A stretch of 63,172 bases of DNA, counting the filler. It is 5 parts of 5 records of this genome, joined end to end, with 100 filler letters (N's around TTAATTAATTAA, not from the genome) between each part and the next. Parts side by side here need not be neighbours in the genome. Positions count along the whole stretch, not along the records: positions 15,613 to 40,288 come from SRR31156797_23031; 4 more parts are not named here. One strand, 5' to 3'. Under the pieces are notes generated by a model. That model was given only the letters and a program-made list of their open reading frames with translations. It was not told the DNA's origin and ran no database searches. Position 1 is the stretch's first letter. The number at the start of each line of letters is the position of its first letter. The position numbers were made by a program, and so were the translations under genes. Below are positions 29,255 through 38,688 of the stretch, piece by piece.

Positions 29255-30151
29255 ATGGATTTTTCAACTTTTATTCAACAACTTATTAACGGTATCAGTG
29301 TAGGTTCTATGTATGGACTTATAGCCATTGGATATACTATGGTGTACGGAGTTTTACGACTTATAAACTTTGCCCATGGAGATATTATGATGGTGGGAGC
29401 ATTTAGTGCTTATCTGGCGATGAGTATCTTTGGCTTTGATCTTACAAGTAGTATATTCTTTGCACTTCTAATCTCTGTACTTGTAGGGGTCTTAACTGAT
29501 AAAGTAGCCTATAAACCATTGAGGCACTCTCCAAGAATCTCTCTTTTAATCACTGCTATTGGAGTGAGTTTCTTTTTAGAAAACTTTGTCAATGTACTTT
29601 TTGGAGGGACCCCAAAATCATTTTCAGTTCCACCGTTTTTTGAACAAACATTTTATATAGGTGAAGCGATCTTTACTCCTTTAGTTTTTTTAGTTCCTAT
29701 TGTAACTGTGATCTTACTATTAGCTCTTTTGGCTCTTTTATATCGTACTAAATATGGTATTGCAATTCGTGCATTAGCCTTTGATATAAAAACAGTTTCA
29801 CTTATGGGGATAGATTCAAATAAGATCATTATGTATGTTTTTATTATAGGCTCATCCCTTGCGGCTATTGGTGGAATATTTTGGGCGCTAAGTTATCCAA
29901 TACTCACCCCATATATGGGTGTAATGATTGGGCTAAAAGCATTTGCTGCAGCAGTTCTTGGTGGAATAGGTTCAGTATATGGTGCATTTTTAGGAGGGAT
30001 AATCTTAGGATTTACAGAGGTGGTTTTTGTAGCATTTTTTCCAGAACTTGGTGGATATAAAGATGCTATCGCTTTTGTATTTTTAATCTTTGTACTTCTA
30101 TTTAGACCAACAGGGATTATGGGAATCAATTTTGAAAAGAGTAGGTTTTAA
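29255..30151 (+). CDS. livH: Branched-chain amino acid ABC permease
   Basis: QQLINGIS.GSMYGLIAIGYTMVYG, NFAHG, KAFAAAVLGGIGS; start moved to the ATG at 29255. Confidence 0.92.
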   Translation: MDFSTFIQQLINGISVGSMYGLIAIGYTMVYGVLRLINFAHGDIMMVGAFSAYLAMSIFGFDLTSSIFFALLISVLVGVLTDKVAYKPLRHSPRISLLITAIGVSFFLENFVNVLFGGTPKSFSVPPFFEQTFYIGEAIFTPLVFLVPIVTVILLLALLALLYRTKYGIAIRALAFDIKTVSLMGIDSNKIIMYVFIIGSSLAAIGGIFWALSYPILTPYMGVMIGLKAFAAAVLGGIGSVYGAFLGGIILGFTEVVFVAFFPELGGYKDAIAFVFLIFVLLFRPTGIMGINFEKSRF

Positions 30152-30153
30152 AA

Positions 30154-31185
30154 ATGTTAAGTAGATCAAATATTATAAAACTTATACTTATAATGGGAGT
30201 GGTTGGATTTTTATTTATAGCGCAGAATAATTTTAATGACTACACAATTAGAATCTTAAATAATATCGCTATTTTTATTATATTAGCAGCTTCATATAAT
30301 CTTATCAATGGAGTGACAGGACAATTTTCCCTTGAACCCAATGGATTTGTAGCCATTGGTGCTTATGTAACTGCTTTAGCACTTTTAAGTGAAGATATGA
30401 AATGGGAGATGTTCCAACTTGAAGATCCTCACCCTTGGATACTTGCTTTACAATTAGACTTGATCCCAGCACTACTACTAAGTGGTATTGCGGCAACTAT
30501 TGTAGCTGTATTTTTGGCAGCTCCTGTATTTAGAGTACGGGGAGATTATCTTGCTATTGTAACTTTAGGGTTTGGATTTATTATTAAAGTGATTGCTATT
30601 AATAATCCTGAGTTTACCAATGGTTCTATTGGTCTTAATGATATCCCAACAGTTATTGATCTTTATTGGACGGGAGGTTTGGCTATTATTAGTGTGATCC
30701 TTATTTTAAATATAGTTTATTCAAAATATGGACGTGCTATGAAAGCAGTAAGAGATGATGAGGATGCAGCAAGTGCTATTGGGATCAATACCTTTAAAAT
30801 AAAAACCTTAGCATTTGGTACAAGTGCATTTTTTGAAGGAGTTGGTGGTGGATTGTTAGCTATTTTACTTACTACTATTTCACCCGATCTTTTTACTTTC
30901 TTTTTAACCTTTCAGCTTCTAATCATCATTGTTCTTGGAGGACTAGGATCAATGAGTGGAGCGATCATAGGAACTATACTCGTAGTAGGTGGAATGGAAT
31001 GGCTACGATTCTTAGATGGACCGCTGAGTTTTATGGGGATGGAGATGGATGCACACCCAGGGCTTAGAATGGTAGTATTCTCTTTACTTCTTATTATTGT
31101 GATGCTTTTTGCAAGAGAGGGTATTATGGGGAAACGTGAATTTTCTGATATCTTTAAAGCTAAAAAAAGAAAGGATAAGAGATGA
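30154..31185 (+). CDS. livM: Branched-chain amino acid ABC permease
   Basis: RGDYLAIVTLGFG, GRAMKAVRDDEDAA, VLGGLGS. Confidence 0.92.
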   Translation: MLSRSNIIKLILIMGVVGFLFIAQNNFNDYTIRILNNIAIFIILAASYNLINGVTGQFSLEPNGFVAIGAYVTALALLSEDMKWEMFQLEDPHPWILALQLDLIPALLLSGIAATIVAVFLAAPVFRVRGDYLAIVTLGFGFIIKVIAINNPEFTNGSIGLNDIPTVIDLYWTGGLAIISVILILNIVYSKYGRAMKAVRDDEDAASAIGINTFKIKTLAFGTSAFFEGVGGGLLAILLTTISPDLFTFFLTFQLLIIIVLGGLGSMSGAIIGTILVVGGMEWLRFLDGPLSFMGMEMDAHPGLRMVVFSLLLIIVMLFAREGIMGKREFSDIFKAKKRKDKR

Positions 31186-31949
31186 TCCTTGAACTTAAAA
31201 ATATCACAAAAAACTTTGGTGGAGTCACTGCTATTAATGATACCTCTTTTGGAGTGGAACAAAAGCAGATCTATGGACTCATAGGTCCAAATGGAGCAGG
31301 GAAAACTACTCTTTTTAATATCATCACAGGAAACTATGATCCCACAAAAGGTGAAGTGTATCTAGATGACAAAAATATTACAAAGATGAAAAACTATAAG
31401 ATAGTAAGAGAAGGGATCGCTAGAACTTTTCAAAATATCAGACTTTTTTCTTCTATGAGTGTGGAAGAGAATATCTTAATAGGACTAGATTCTAATGCAA
31501 ACTATACTTATCTTGAAGCGATGTTTCGACTGCCAAGATATTATACGAAAGAGAAAACTATAAAACAAAAAGCATACGAAGTGATGGAGTTTTTAGATAT
31601 CTTATCATTTAAAGAAGAAAAAGCTACAAGTCTTAGCTATGGGATACAAAGAAAAGTGGAGATTGCTAGGGCACTAGCTACAAGTCCAAAGCTTCTACTT
31701 CTTGATGAACCAGCAGCAGGGATGAACCCAAATGAAACCCATGAACTAGCAGAACTTTTATTTAAGATACGGGATCAATATGATCTTACGATTCTTTTAA
31801 TAGAACACGATATGAAGTTTGTCAATCATCTTTGCGATAAAGTGATGGTACTTGATTATGGGAAAACTATCTTTGAGGGGGATATAAAAGATGCTATCAA
31901 AGATGAAGAGGTAATTAAAGCATATCTAGGGGATTTTAAACATGCTTAA
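31182..31949 (+). CDS. livG: Branched-chain amino acid ABC ATPase
   Basis: GPNGAGKTT, ARTFQNIRLF, LLDEPAAGMN, IEHDM. Confidence 0.93.
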   Translation: MILELKNITKNFGGVTAINDTSFGVEQKQIYGLIGPNGAGKTTLFNIITGNYDPTKGEVYLDDKNITKMKNYKIVREGIARTFQNIRLFSSMSVEENILIGLDSNANYTYLEAMFRLPRYYTKEKTIKQKAYEVMEFLDILSFKEEKATSLSYGIQRKVEIARALATSPKLLLLDEPAAGMNPNETHELAELLFKIRDQYDLTILLIEHDMKFVNHLCDKVMVLDYGKTIFEGDIKDAIKDEEVIKAYLGDFKHA

Positions 31950-32637
31950 AATAAAAGATCTAAATGTATATTATGGACTGATTCAAGCAGTTAAAGGGAT
32001 AAGCTTTGAAGTACCAAAAGGACAGATCATCTCCCTTGTTGGCTCAAATGGTGCAGGAAAAACATCAACTTTAGAAGCGATAGTAGGAGATGTAAAAAAA
32101 AGTGGTGAGATACTTTATAATGAAAAAAACATTATAAAAGATCCTACCCATACAATAGTCCAAGAGGGGATCTCTTTAGTTCCTGAGGGTCGTCGAGTAT
32201 TTATCAATCTAACAGTAGAAGAAAACCTAAAAATTGGTGCTTATAACAATGTAGAACAGTTTGAGAGTAAAAAAGAACATATGTATCAACTTTTTCCTAG
32301 ACTAGTAGATAAGAAATCCCAACTAGCTGGAACTATGAGTGGAGGAGAGCAGCAGATGCTTGCAATCGCTAGAGCTTTGATGAGCTCTCCCAAGCTTTTA
32401 ATGCTAGATGAGCCATCTTTAGGATTGGCTCCAAAGATAGTAGGGGAAGTGATAGAGACAATTTCTCATCTAAAAGATGAGGGACTTACAGTACTTTTAG
32501 TAGAACAAAATGCTTTTGCTGCACTTGCTATTAGTAATTATGGATATGTATTGGAAAATGGTGTGATCGCTTTAGAGGGTAATGCTAAAGAGTTGATGGA
32601 AAATGATGAGATTAAGAAAAAGTATTTAGGGGGATAA
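31942..32637 (+). CDS. livF: Branched-chain amino acid ABC ATPase
   Basis: GSNGAGKTS, VPEGRRVF, SGGEQQML, DEPSLGLAP, VEQNA. Confidence 0.93.
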   Translation: MLKIKDLNVYYGLIQAVKGISFEVPKGQIISLVGSNGAGKTSTLEAIVGDVKKSGEILYNEKNIIKDPTHTIVQEGISLVPEGRRVFINLTVEENLKIGAYNNVEQFESKKEHMYQLFPRLVDKKSQLAGTMSGGEQQMLAIARALMSSPKLLMLDEPSLGLAPKIVGEVIETISHLKDEGLTVLLVEQNAFAALAISNYGYVLENGVIALEGNAKELMENDEIKKKYLGG

Positions 32638-32652
32638 GTTAGGTTTTCTATC

Positions 32653-32994
32653 TTAACTTATTATTTCATTAAAAAGACTCTGAATATGATTCATCTCTTT
32701 TTCATCAAGAGATGAAAGCTTTTCGATAAATCTCGTATTATCAATTGATCGAATATGTGCTAGTAAAATATCAGAGTCTTTGTCTAGTTTATCTTTTTTT
32801 ATAACTCTATATCGTAATGGTTCAGCATCATTTATCAGATCAGTTGTCAGTGGTAAAACCATAGTAGTTGGATATCCACCAGAATTAAGCTCATTATTTT
32901 GTATTACAAGAGCTGGTCTAATTTTTCCAATCTCATTTGATTTTTTAATAGGATTAAAATTGATAAGCCAAATCTCTCCTCTAGAAGCTGTCAT
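32653..32994 (-). CDS. mazF: Type II toxin, MazF/PemK family endoribonuclease
   Basis: RGEIWLINFNP...EIGKIRPALVIQ, VLPLTT, IRSIDNTRF. Confidence 0.9.
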   Translation of the reverse strand: MTASRGEIWLINFNPIKKSNEIGKIRPALVIQNNELNSGGYPTTMVLPLTTDLINDAEPLRYRVIKKDKLDKDSDILLAHIRSIDNTRFIEKLSSLDEKEMNHIQSLFNEIIS

Positions 32995-33208
32995 CTAAAG
33001 AATCCTCCAACTCTTTATATACTTGAAAATCACTTTTCATAGTTTTATCCATAGCTTTTTGGAGTCTTGTTTTCTGGTTCTTTTCTAGATCTTGGGCATA
33101 ATACTTAATCGCTTCACGTATTACATCACTCTTTTTTTTATGAAATTTAGTACTCACTGAGTTTAATATCTCTTCTAATTCACTATTTAGTCTAACAGTA
33201 GCTATCAT
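32981..33208 (-). CDS. Ribbon-helix-helix (CopG-like) antitoxin
   Basis: TVRL...KKSDVIREAI; overlaps the toxin start by 14 nt. Confidence 0.85.
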   Translation of the reverse strand: MIATVRLNSELEEILNSVSTKFHKKKSDVIREAIKYYAQDLEKNQKTRLQKAMDKTMKSDFQVYKELEDSLDDSF

Positions 33209-33221
33209 AATAAACCCCTTT

Positions 33222-33248
33222 TGTATTTTGTAATACAGTATTATAACA
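33222..33248 (-). promoter_or_regulatory. TA promoter with overlapping palindromes (autoregulatory operators)
   Basis: TGTATT-N4-AATACA (33222-33237) and TAATAC-A-GTATTA (33231-33243); the second overlaps an extended -10 TGTTATAAT on the minus strand (33240-33248). Confidence 0.55.
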
Positions 33249-33320
33249 TACTTTTTAGAACTTGCATATTCTTAAGCTCCTTCTTGTTAGCATTTCTTAT
33301 AAACTCTTCAAAGGAATATA

Positions 33321-33922
33321 ATGCTTTATAACACAAAAGACCTAGAACCAATAAATATCTATCACCTTATGACTCAAACAGTAATACCTAGACCAATTGC
33401 ATGGATAGTGACTGAAGATGAAGGTGTGATTAATATTGCTCCATTTAGTTTTTTTACACCACTTTCATCCAATCCTGCAACTGTTTTAGTTTCTATTGGA
33501 TATAAAGATAGTGAAAAAACTATATTAAAAGATACGTTGGTAAATATTAAAAAAACAGATCGTTGTACTATTTGTGTAGTGGATAGTTTTAATTTAGAAA
33601 AGATGCACTTTAGTTCAAAAATAGTGCCAAAGGATCAAAGTGAAGCAGAGCTTTTTAATATCAAAACAAAAAAGCTCTTAGAAGAGTTTCCTCTAATGAT
33701 AAAAGATACAAGTGCTGCATATTTTTGTTCTTTAAACCAAACCATTGATCTAGGGAGTGAATCAACAATTCCAGTTATTTTAAATGTTCATAATATCTTT
33801 GCAGATGATTCTAAAATCGTCACAAAAGGGGAGAAAAAAGTAGTAGAGTTTGATCCAGTGGCTAGAATAGGCGTGAATATGCTTATTTAGGAGAAAAAAT
33901 TCCAGCTCCAAAAATTCCATAA
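33321..33922 (+). CDS. Flavin reductase-like (FMN-binding split barrel) protein; apparent 1-nt frameshift near the 3' end
   Basis: VIPRPIAWIVT, NIAPFSFF, KDTLVNI; the track frame stops at 33890 but a shifted frame continues REYAYLGEKIPAPKIP* to 33922. Confidence 0.8.
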
Positions 33923-33988
33923 GGTTTATTTAATCTAAAAAGCTTTTCCTTATGATATAATCAAACATTATATTTTTTGGAGGCAATA

Positions 33989-34858
33989 ATGAATGAAAAA
34001 ATAAGTCAAGAAGTGATTGATCTATATGATGAATATACCCATGCACCACTTGATAGACGTGATTTTTTATCAAAGTTAGGAAAAATAGTAGGGGGAAGTG
34101 CAGCAGCAGTTGCGATGCTTCCACTTTTACAAAACAACTATGCACAAGCAGCTATCATTGATCCAAACGATGATTCAATTGAAAGTGGTATGGCAAGTTA
34201 TCCTTTTTTTAAAAATACAGTAAACTACTATCAAGCAAAGCCTAAAGGTGCTGGACCTTTTCCTACTGTATTGGTTATCCATGAAAATAGGGGGCTTAAT
34301 CCTCATATAAAAGATATTGTAAGACGTCTTGCCAAAGAGGGATTCTTAGCATATGCACCAGATGCTCTTAGTTTTATGGGAGGAACTCCAGAAAATGAAG
34401 ATGAAGCAAGAGCTATGATCAAAAAGCTTGATGCCGTAGATACGATGGACATCTATAGATCAAGTGTAAATAAGATGATTAAAAAGAATCCACATAGTAA
34501 TCAAAGTGTTGGATGTGTCGGATTTTGCTGGGGAGGTGGCTGGGCCAATAAAATGGCAGCTCACTGTGGAGAGCTCAAATCTTCTGTAGCATATTATGGA
34601 CGACAGCTTAATTTAAAAGAGACAAAAAAAGTAAGAGTTCCACTTATGCTTCATTATGCAGGTTTAGATAAACGTATCAATGCTGGAACAGTTGAATATG
34701 TACAAAACCTTATGGATGAAGGAAAAGAGTTTACAGTGCATCACTACGCTGGAGTAAATCATGCGTTTAACAATGATACCAATACAGCTAGATACAATAA
34801 AGAAGCGGCTGAGCTTTCTTGGGAAAGAACAGTAGCATTTTTGAAAGAAACCTTATAA
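33989..34858 (+). CDS. Dienelactone hydrolase family protein (YghX-like) with twin-arginine-like leader
   Basis: LYDEYTH..LDRRDFL, IHENRGLNPHI, GFCWGG nucleophile, HAFNND; GGAGG RBS before the ATG at 33989. Confidence 0.9.
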   Translation: MNEKISQEVIDLYDEYTHAPLDRRDFLSKLGKIVGGSAAAVAMLPLLQNNYAQAAIIDPNDDSIESGMASYPFFKNTVNYYQAKPKGAGPFPTVLVIHENRGLNPHIKDIVRRLAKEGFLAYAPDALSFMGGTPENEDEARAMIKKLDAVDTMDIYRSSVNKMIKKNPHSNQSVGCVGFCWGGGWANKMAAHCGELKSSVAYYGRQLNLKETKKVRVPLMLHYAGLDKRINAGTVEYVQNLMDEGKEFTVHHYAGVNHAFNNDTNTARYNKEAAELSWERTVAFLKETL

Positions 34859-34862
34859 ATAT

Positions 34863-34888
34863 AAAAAGCTCTTGTAAAAGAGCTTTTT
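34863..34888 (+). terminator. Intrinsic terminator
   Basis: AAAAAGCTCTT-GTAA-AAGAGCTTTTT. Confidence 0.7.
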
Positions 34889-34896
34889 GACTTTTC

Positions 34897-35166
34897 ATGA
34901 ATAAACTTTTTCATACAAATATCATCAATTTTCCAATAGGCTCTTTTTATACTCTGTATAAATCCTCGAAATATCTTGTCTCAAAACAGCTGTATAGTGA
35001 TGGAAAGATCATTAAAATCTATGCTGAAGAGTTAAAAGGAAATGATATAGTAAGCGGGAACTATTTTCTTTCAATTAAAAATGGTCTTTTAAAACCTTGT
35101 GAGATGAGTGATAAAAAGGTGATAGACTTTGTTTGTCATTCACAATTACTTAAACATAACGAATAG
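34897..35166 (+). CDS. Small conserved hypothetical protein
   Basis: 89 aa, KIYAEELKGNDIVSGNY...LKPCEMS..KVIDFV looks like a conserved small-protein family; no function supported. Confidence 0.65.
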   Translation: MNKLFHTNIINFPIGSFYTLYKSSKYLVSKQLYSDGKIIKIYAEELKGNDIVSGNYFLSIKNGLLKPCEMSDKKVIDFVCHSQLLKHNE

Positions 35167-36031
35167 GCACATAATAATCAACTTTAAACATCTTATCATC
35201 ACTTAAAAAATGGTTTTTTTGAAAAATAGTATACGAAGGAATCGTACTCGTCTCAAACCCACTATCTGGTAACCAATGGTGATATACCCATTGGATCATC
35301 TTTAAGATATCTCCATATTTCCCTTCGATTTCAAATTTGGCACAGATCCCTTCAAAGATATCAAATGTGGGTAAATTGGTATTTTTAAGCTTAATATGAT
35401 CAGAAACAGCTACACAGGCAACATATTGACACTGAGACAATGGGGTGATAATAGGATTATCATGATAGATCCCTATTTGCTCATACTCTTCGATCTCATT
35501 GGTATATATCCAAGCAAGCATTTTTTGCCATAAGGCAAATGCTCCACTATCGTAACCTATCTGACGCATATAGTAGACTTTTTTCTTATTCGTTCGCACG
35601 ATTTTTGGCTCTAAATGGGAATAATCAGCTTGCGACCATTTAGTAGCTTTAGAGGCACTTAATATCTGATTGGAATACTCTTTATATCCACCATGTCTCC
35701 ACTCTTTTGGAGTTTGATGAAATCTACTTTTAAAAGCACGTATAAAAGAGGTCTGCGAACTGTATCCACACATATTGGCTACTTCTGTTATGGTTGAATA
35801 TTTATTGGTAATAAGGAGGTTTGATGCTTTTTGTAAACGAATAGATTTTATAGTCTCATAGATATTACTTCCCATCTGTTCTTTAAAGATCTTATGAAGA
35901 TGATATTTACTCACTTCAAGCTCAAACGCAAGTGCATCAATATTGATATCTGTTTCTATATGATCATTGATATAGTTAAGTAGATCATTTGCTATTTTTG
36001 AATGTTTTAAAGTAGTTTGTTTTTTATGCAT
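35150..36031 (-). CDS. AraC family regulator with C-terminal GyrI-like effector domain
   Basis: N-terminal HTH (SKYHLHKIFK, CGYSSQTSFIRAFKSRF), C-terminal GIYHDNP..TP, VYHHWLPDSG. Confidence 0.92.
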   Translation of the reverse strand: MHKKQTTLKHSKIANDLLNYINDHIETDINIDALAFELEVSKYHLHKIFKEQMGSNIYETIKSIRLQKASNLLITNKYSTITEVANMCGYSSQTSFIRAFKSRFHQTPKEWRHGGYKEYSNQILSASKATKWSQADYSHLEPKIVRTNKKKVYYMRQIGYDSGAFALWQKMLAWIYTNEIEEYEQIGIYHDNPIITPLSQCQYVACVAVSDHIKLKNTNLPTFDIFEGICAKFEIEGKYGDILKMIQWVYHHWLPDSGFETSTIPSYTIFQKNHFLSDDKMFKVDYYVPIRYV

Positions 36032-36061
36032 GAGAATAATTTTACCTAAAATAGTATTTAA

Positions 36062-36159
36062 AATAGATAAGAATAGAAAATAAAATTAACAATAATAGAT
36101 AATAATAGAAACTAAAATAGTGCAGAATAAGATAAAAATAGTTGTTATAATTCTGCACT
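36062..36159 (+). promoter_or_regulatory. Divergent promoter region with direct and inverted repeats
   Basis: AATAGATAA(G/T)AATAGAAA at 36062 and 36094; AGTGCAGAAT-N21-ATTCTGCACT (36119-36159) overlapping TGTTATAAT. Confidence 0.5.
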
Positions 36160-36178
36160 TTAAAAAAAGGATGGGAAA

Positions 36179-36451
36179 ATGAAATTGATTAAGAAAAAAA
36201 ATCAGATCATTCAAGGGTATTTTGACGATATTTTACCATACGTGGAGTATCAAAAAAATGACGAAACTCTTGAATTTCAATGTTTATTACGATTAGGTTC
36301 AACTGAACAGTTTCAATGTAAAAAGATAAAAAAGTATATTGATTATACAAAAGTAAGAGATGATGCTTTTTTATTAGATTTTACTAACTCTTCTATTAAA
36401 GATGCATATAGAGGATTAACAGTAATACATAAAGAGATCTTAGAGGCATAG
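36179..36451 (+). CDS. Hypothetical protein
   Basis: 90 aa ORF with RBS, abutting the downstream LysE gene. Confidence 0.6.
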   Translation: MKLIKKKNQIIQGYFDDILPYVEYQKNDETLEFQCLLRLGSTEQFQCKKIKKYIDYTKVRDDAFLLDFTNSSIKDAYRGLTVIHKEILEA

Positions 36452-37066
36452 ATGCAAGATATTTACTCCCTAACTATGCTTCTCTCACTTGCAACTTTTA
36501 CATTTTCAAGTGTTATGACACCAGGACCAAATAATATTATGCTTTTAAGTTCAGGACTTACTTTTGGCTATAAAAGGACTATTCCTCATATCTTCGGTGT
36601 ACTTTTAGGCTTTCCAGTGATGGTAGTTTTAGTTGGTCTTGGTTTAGGGGTTGTTTTTGAAAGGTTTCCTTTTGTGTTAACACTTTTAAAACTCGTTGGA
36701 TTTTTATATCTTCTATGGATGGCGTATAAAATAGCCACCAATATAGATAGCTATGATATGAAAGATATCCACGGAAAACCATTTACCTTTTTCCAAGCAG
36801 TACTTTTTCAATGGGTCAATCCAAAAGCTTGGATCATGGCTATCACTTCAATTTCACTCTTTGTTACATCAGCGCAAAATAGTATTATGCTAGTATTAAT
36901 AGTAGCATTTGTATATATGTTATCAGGGATTATCTCTACAAACTCTTGGGCACTTGGAGGTGTGTTATTAAAAAAGATCCTTACAAGTGCTAAAATGATC
37001 AGTATTTTTAATAAAACTATGGCTTTTTTTCTTGTAGTCTCTATTATCCCTTTTGTAATAGAATAG
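36452..37066 (+). CDS. LysE family exporter (cysteine/O-acetylserine exporter-like)
   Basis: TPGPNNIMLLSSGLTFG, FQWVNPKAW. Confidence 0.9.
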   Translation: MQDIYSLTMLLSLATFTFSSVMTPGPNNIMLLSSGLTFGYKRTIPHIFGVLLGFPVMVVLVGLGLGVVFERFPFVLTLLKLVGFLYLLWMAYKIATNIDSYDMKDIHGKPFTFFQAVLFQWVNPKAWIMAITSISLFVTSAQNSIMLVLIVAFVYMLSGIISTNSWALGGVLLKKILTSAKMISIFNKTMAFFLVVSIIPFVIE

Positions 37067-37074
37067 GGTGGTTA

Positions 37075-37683
37075 TCAACTAACCATCCAAGATGACTCTA
37101 TAAGCAAAGTATCATTTTCATAAATTTTTCCTACAAACCTATCTCCTACCACGTAGTTTCCTACCCCTTTTGGGGTTCCACTCATAATGATATCCCCATC
37201 TTCTAGATCCATAAAAGATTTTACTTCATCAAGCATTTGCTGTGGTTTATAGATCATAAGATCATGATCAGCAAACTGGATAAGAGTATCATTGATAAAA
37301 AGTTCAAATCGTATCTTTGTGATATCACCAGTAAATGGGATAAAGTTACCCAATACGGCACTTCCATTAAAAGCTTTGGCTCGCTCCCAAGGCCACCCTT
37401 TTTGTTTGATCTTATTTTGTATCTCTGCTTTTGTAAGGTCAAGTCCAAACCCAATGCCAGCTATCTCACCATTTTCTATTAAAAAGCAGATCTCCCCTTC
37501 AAATCTAGTATCTGGTGTAAAGTATTTTAATGTATCAGTTATAGCACTATTAGGTTTATTAAAGACCACCATAGTATCAGGAGTCTCATTTCCAAGCTCT
37601 TGTATATGCTCCACATAGTTTCGTCCTAGACAGACTACTTTTGAGGGAGTAATTGTTTGGTTGTTATATTGTATTGTTTTCAT
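37075..37683 (-). CDS. Fumarylacetoacetate hydrolase family protein
   Basis: KVVCLGRNYVEH, FNKPNS, EGEI, GLDLT, PWERAKAF, GDIIMSGTPKGVG. Confidence 0.92.
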   Translation of the reverse strand: MKTIQYNNQTITPSKVVCLGRNYVEHIQELGNETPDTMVVFNKPNSAITDTLKYFTPDTRFEGEICFLIENGEIAGIGFGLDLTKAEIQNKIKQKGWPWERAKAFNGSAVLGNFIPFTGDITKIRFELFINDTLIQFADHDLMIYKPQQMLDEVKSFMDLEDGDIIMSGTPKGVGNYVVGDRFVGKIYENDTLLIESSWMVS

Positions 37684-37851
37684 AAGGAATATTGTAGTTA
37701 TTACTTACTTGGAAAAGTTTTAAAAGTCTAATAAAAAACCTACAAAACTTGAAAAGTTTTACGAAGTTACACTTTTAAATACTATACAAAAATTTTCATT
37801 TTATATACAATCTTCCCACTTATACAAGAAACTATATGTTAAAATAAAAAA

Positions 37852-38688
37852 ATGAAGAGAGTATGGATGAAACAGATTATAGCAATGTTTTTACTTATTA
37901 CTACAATGTATGGGCAAGAGAAAAACACTATAGTTTTTGCACCACTTCCTATGGAGAATGCTGTAAAAACTCTAGAGATATTTTCTCCTATGATTGAGTA
38001 TTTAGAAAAAAACTTAAATAAAAAAATAGATGTGGCTTACAGAGGCTCAAATAGTGAAGTGGTTGATGGGCTTGTTGATGGTTCTATCGATTTGGCATAT
38101 CTTGGTCCTTTGCCATATATAGATCTTATCAAAAAAACAGATGATGTAAAGATCATAGTTCAGTTTTTAGAAAAAAACAACAAAGACACCTACACTTGTA
38201 CACTTTTTATAAGGGAAGACTCAAATCTTGATCTTCACTCCATAAAAGATAAAAAGTTTGCATTAACCCAAAAGTTCTCTACTTGTGGATATGTTTTTGC
38301 ACAAGAGATATTATTACAAAACAATAGCTCAATGGAACAAAATCAGTTTCAATATATTGGGTCTCACTATGATACAATTGTTGAAGTGTTAAGTGGAAGT
38401 TATGATATAGGAACTGCAAAAACAAGTATTTTTAAAAAATTTGAGTATTTAGGTGTAAAACCAGTAGCTGTAAGTGAAGCAAACCCTGGGTTAGTACTTG
38501 TGGCAAATAGTAAAACACTTGGATTAAATACTTTACAAGAGTTACAAACTTTAATGTTACATGCAGATGATGCCCAAAGACAAAAGTGGGGAGAAAAAAT
38601 ACAACGTAAATCAATTATTCCTCAAAAAGAACTATTTAAAGTATATGAAAAAAGGGTGAAAGATATTCAACCTCAAGATGAGAAATAA
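37852..38688 (+). CDS. PhnD/phosphonate-type periplasmic binding protein
   Basis: Signal peptide (true start may be 37867), FAPLP, IDLAYLGPLPY, STCGY, GSHYDTIVEVLSGSYDIG. Confidence 0.82.
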   Translation: MKRVWMKQIIAMFLLITTMYGQEKNTIVFAPLPMENAVKTLEIFSPMIEYLEKNLNKKIDVAYRGSNSEVVDGLVDGSIDLAYLGPLPYIDLIKKTDDVKIIVQFLEKNNKDTYTCTLFIREDSNLDLHSIKDKKFALTQKFSTCGYVFAQEILLQNNSSMEQNQFQYIGSHYDTIVEVLSGSYDIGTAKTSIFKKFEYLGVKPVAVSEANPGLVLVANSKTLGLNTLQELQTLMLHADDAQRQKWGEKIQRKSIIPQKELFKVYEKRVKDIQPQDEK

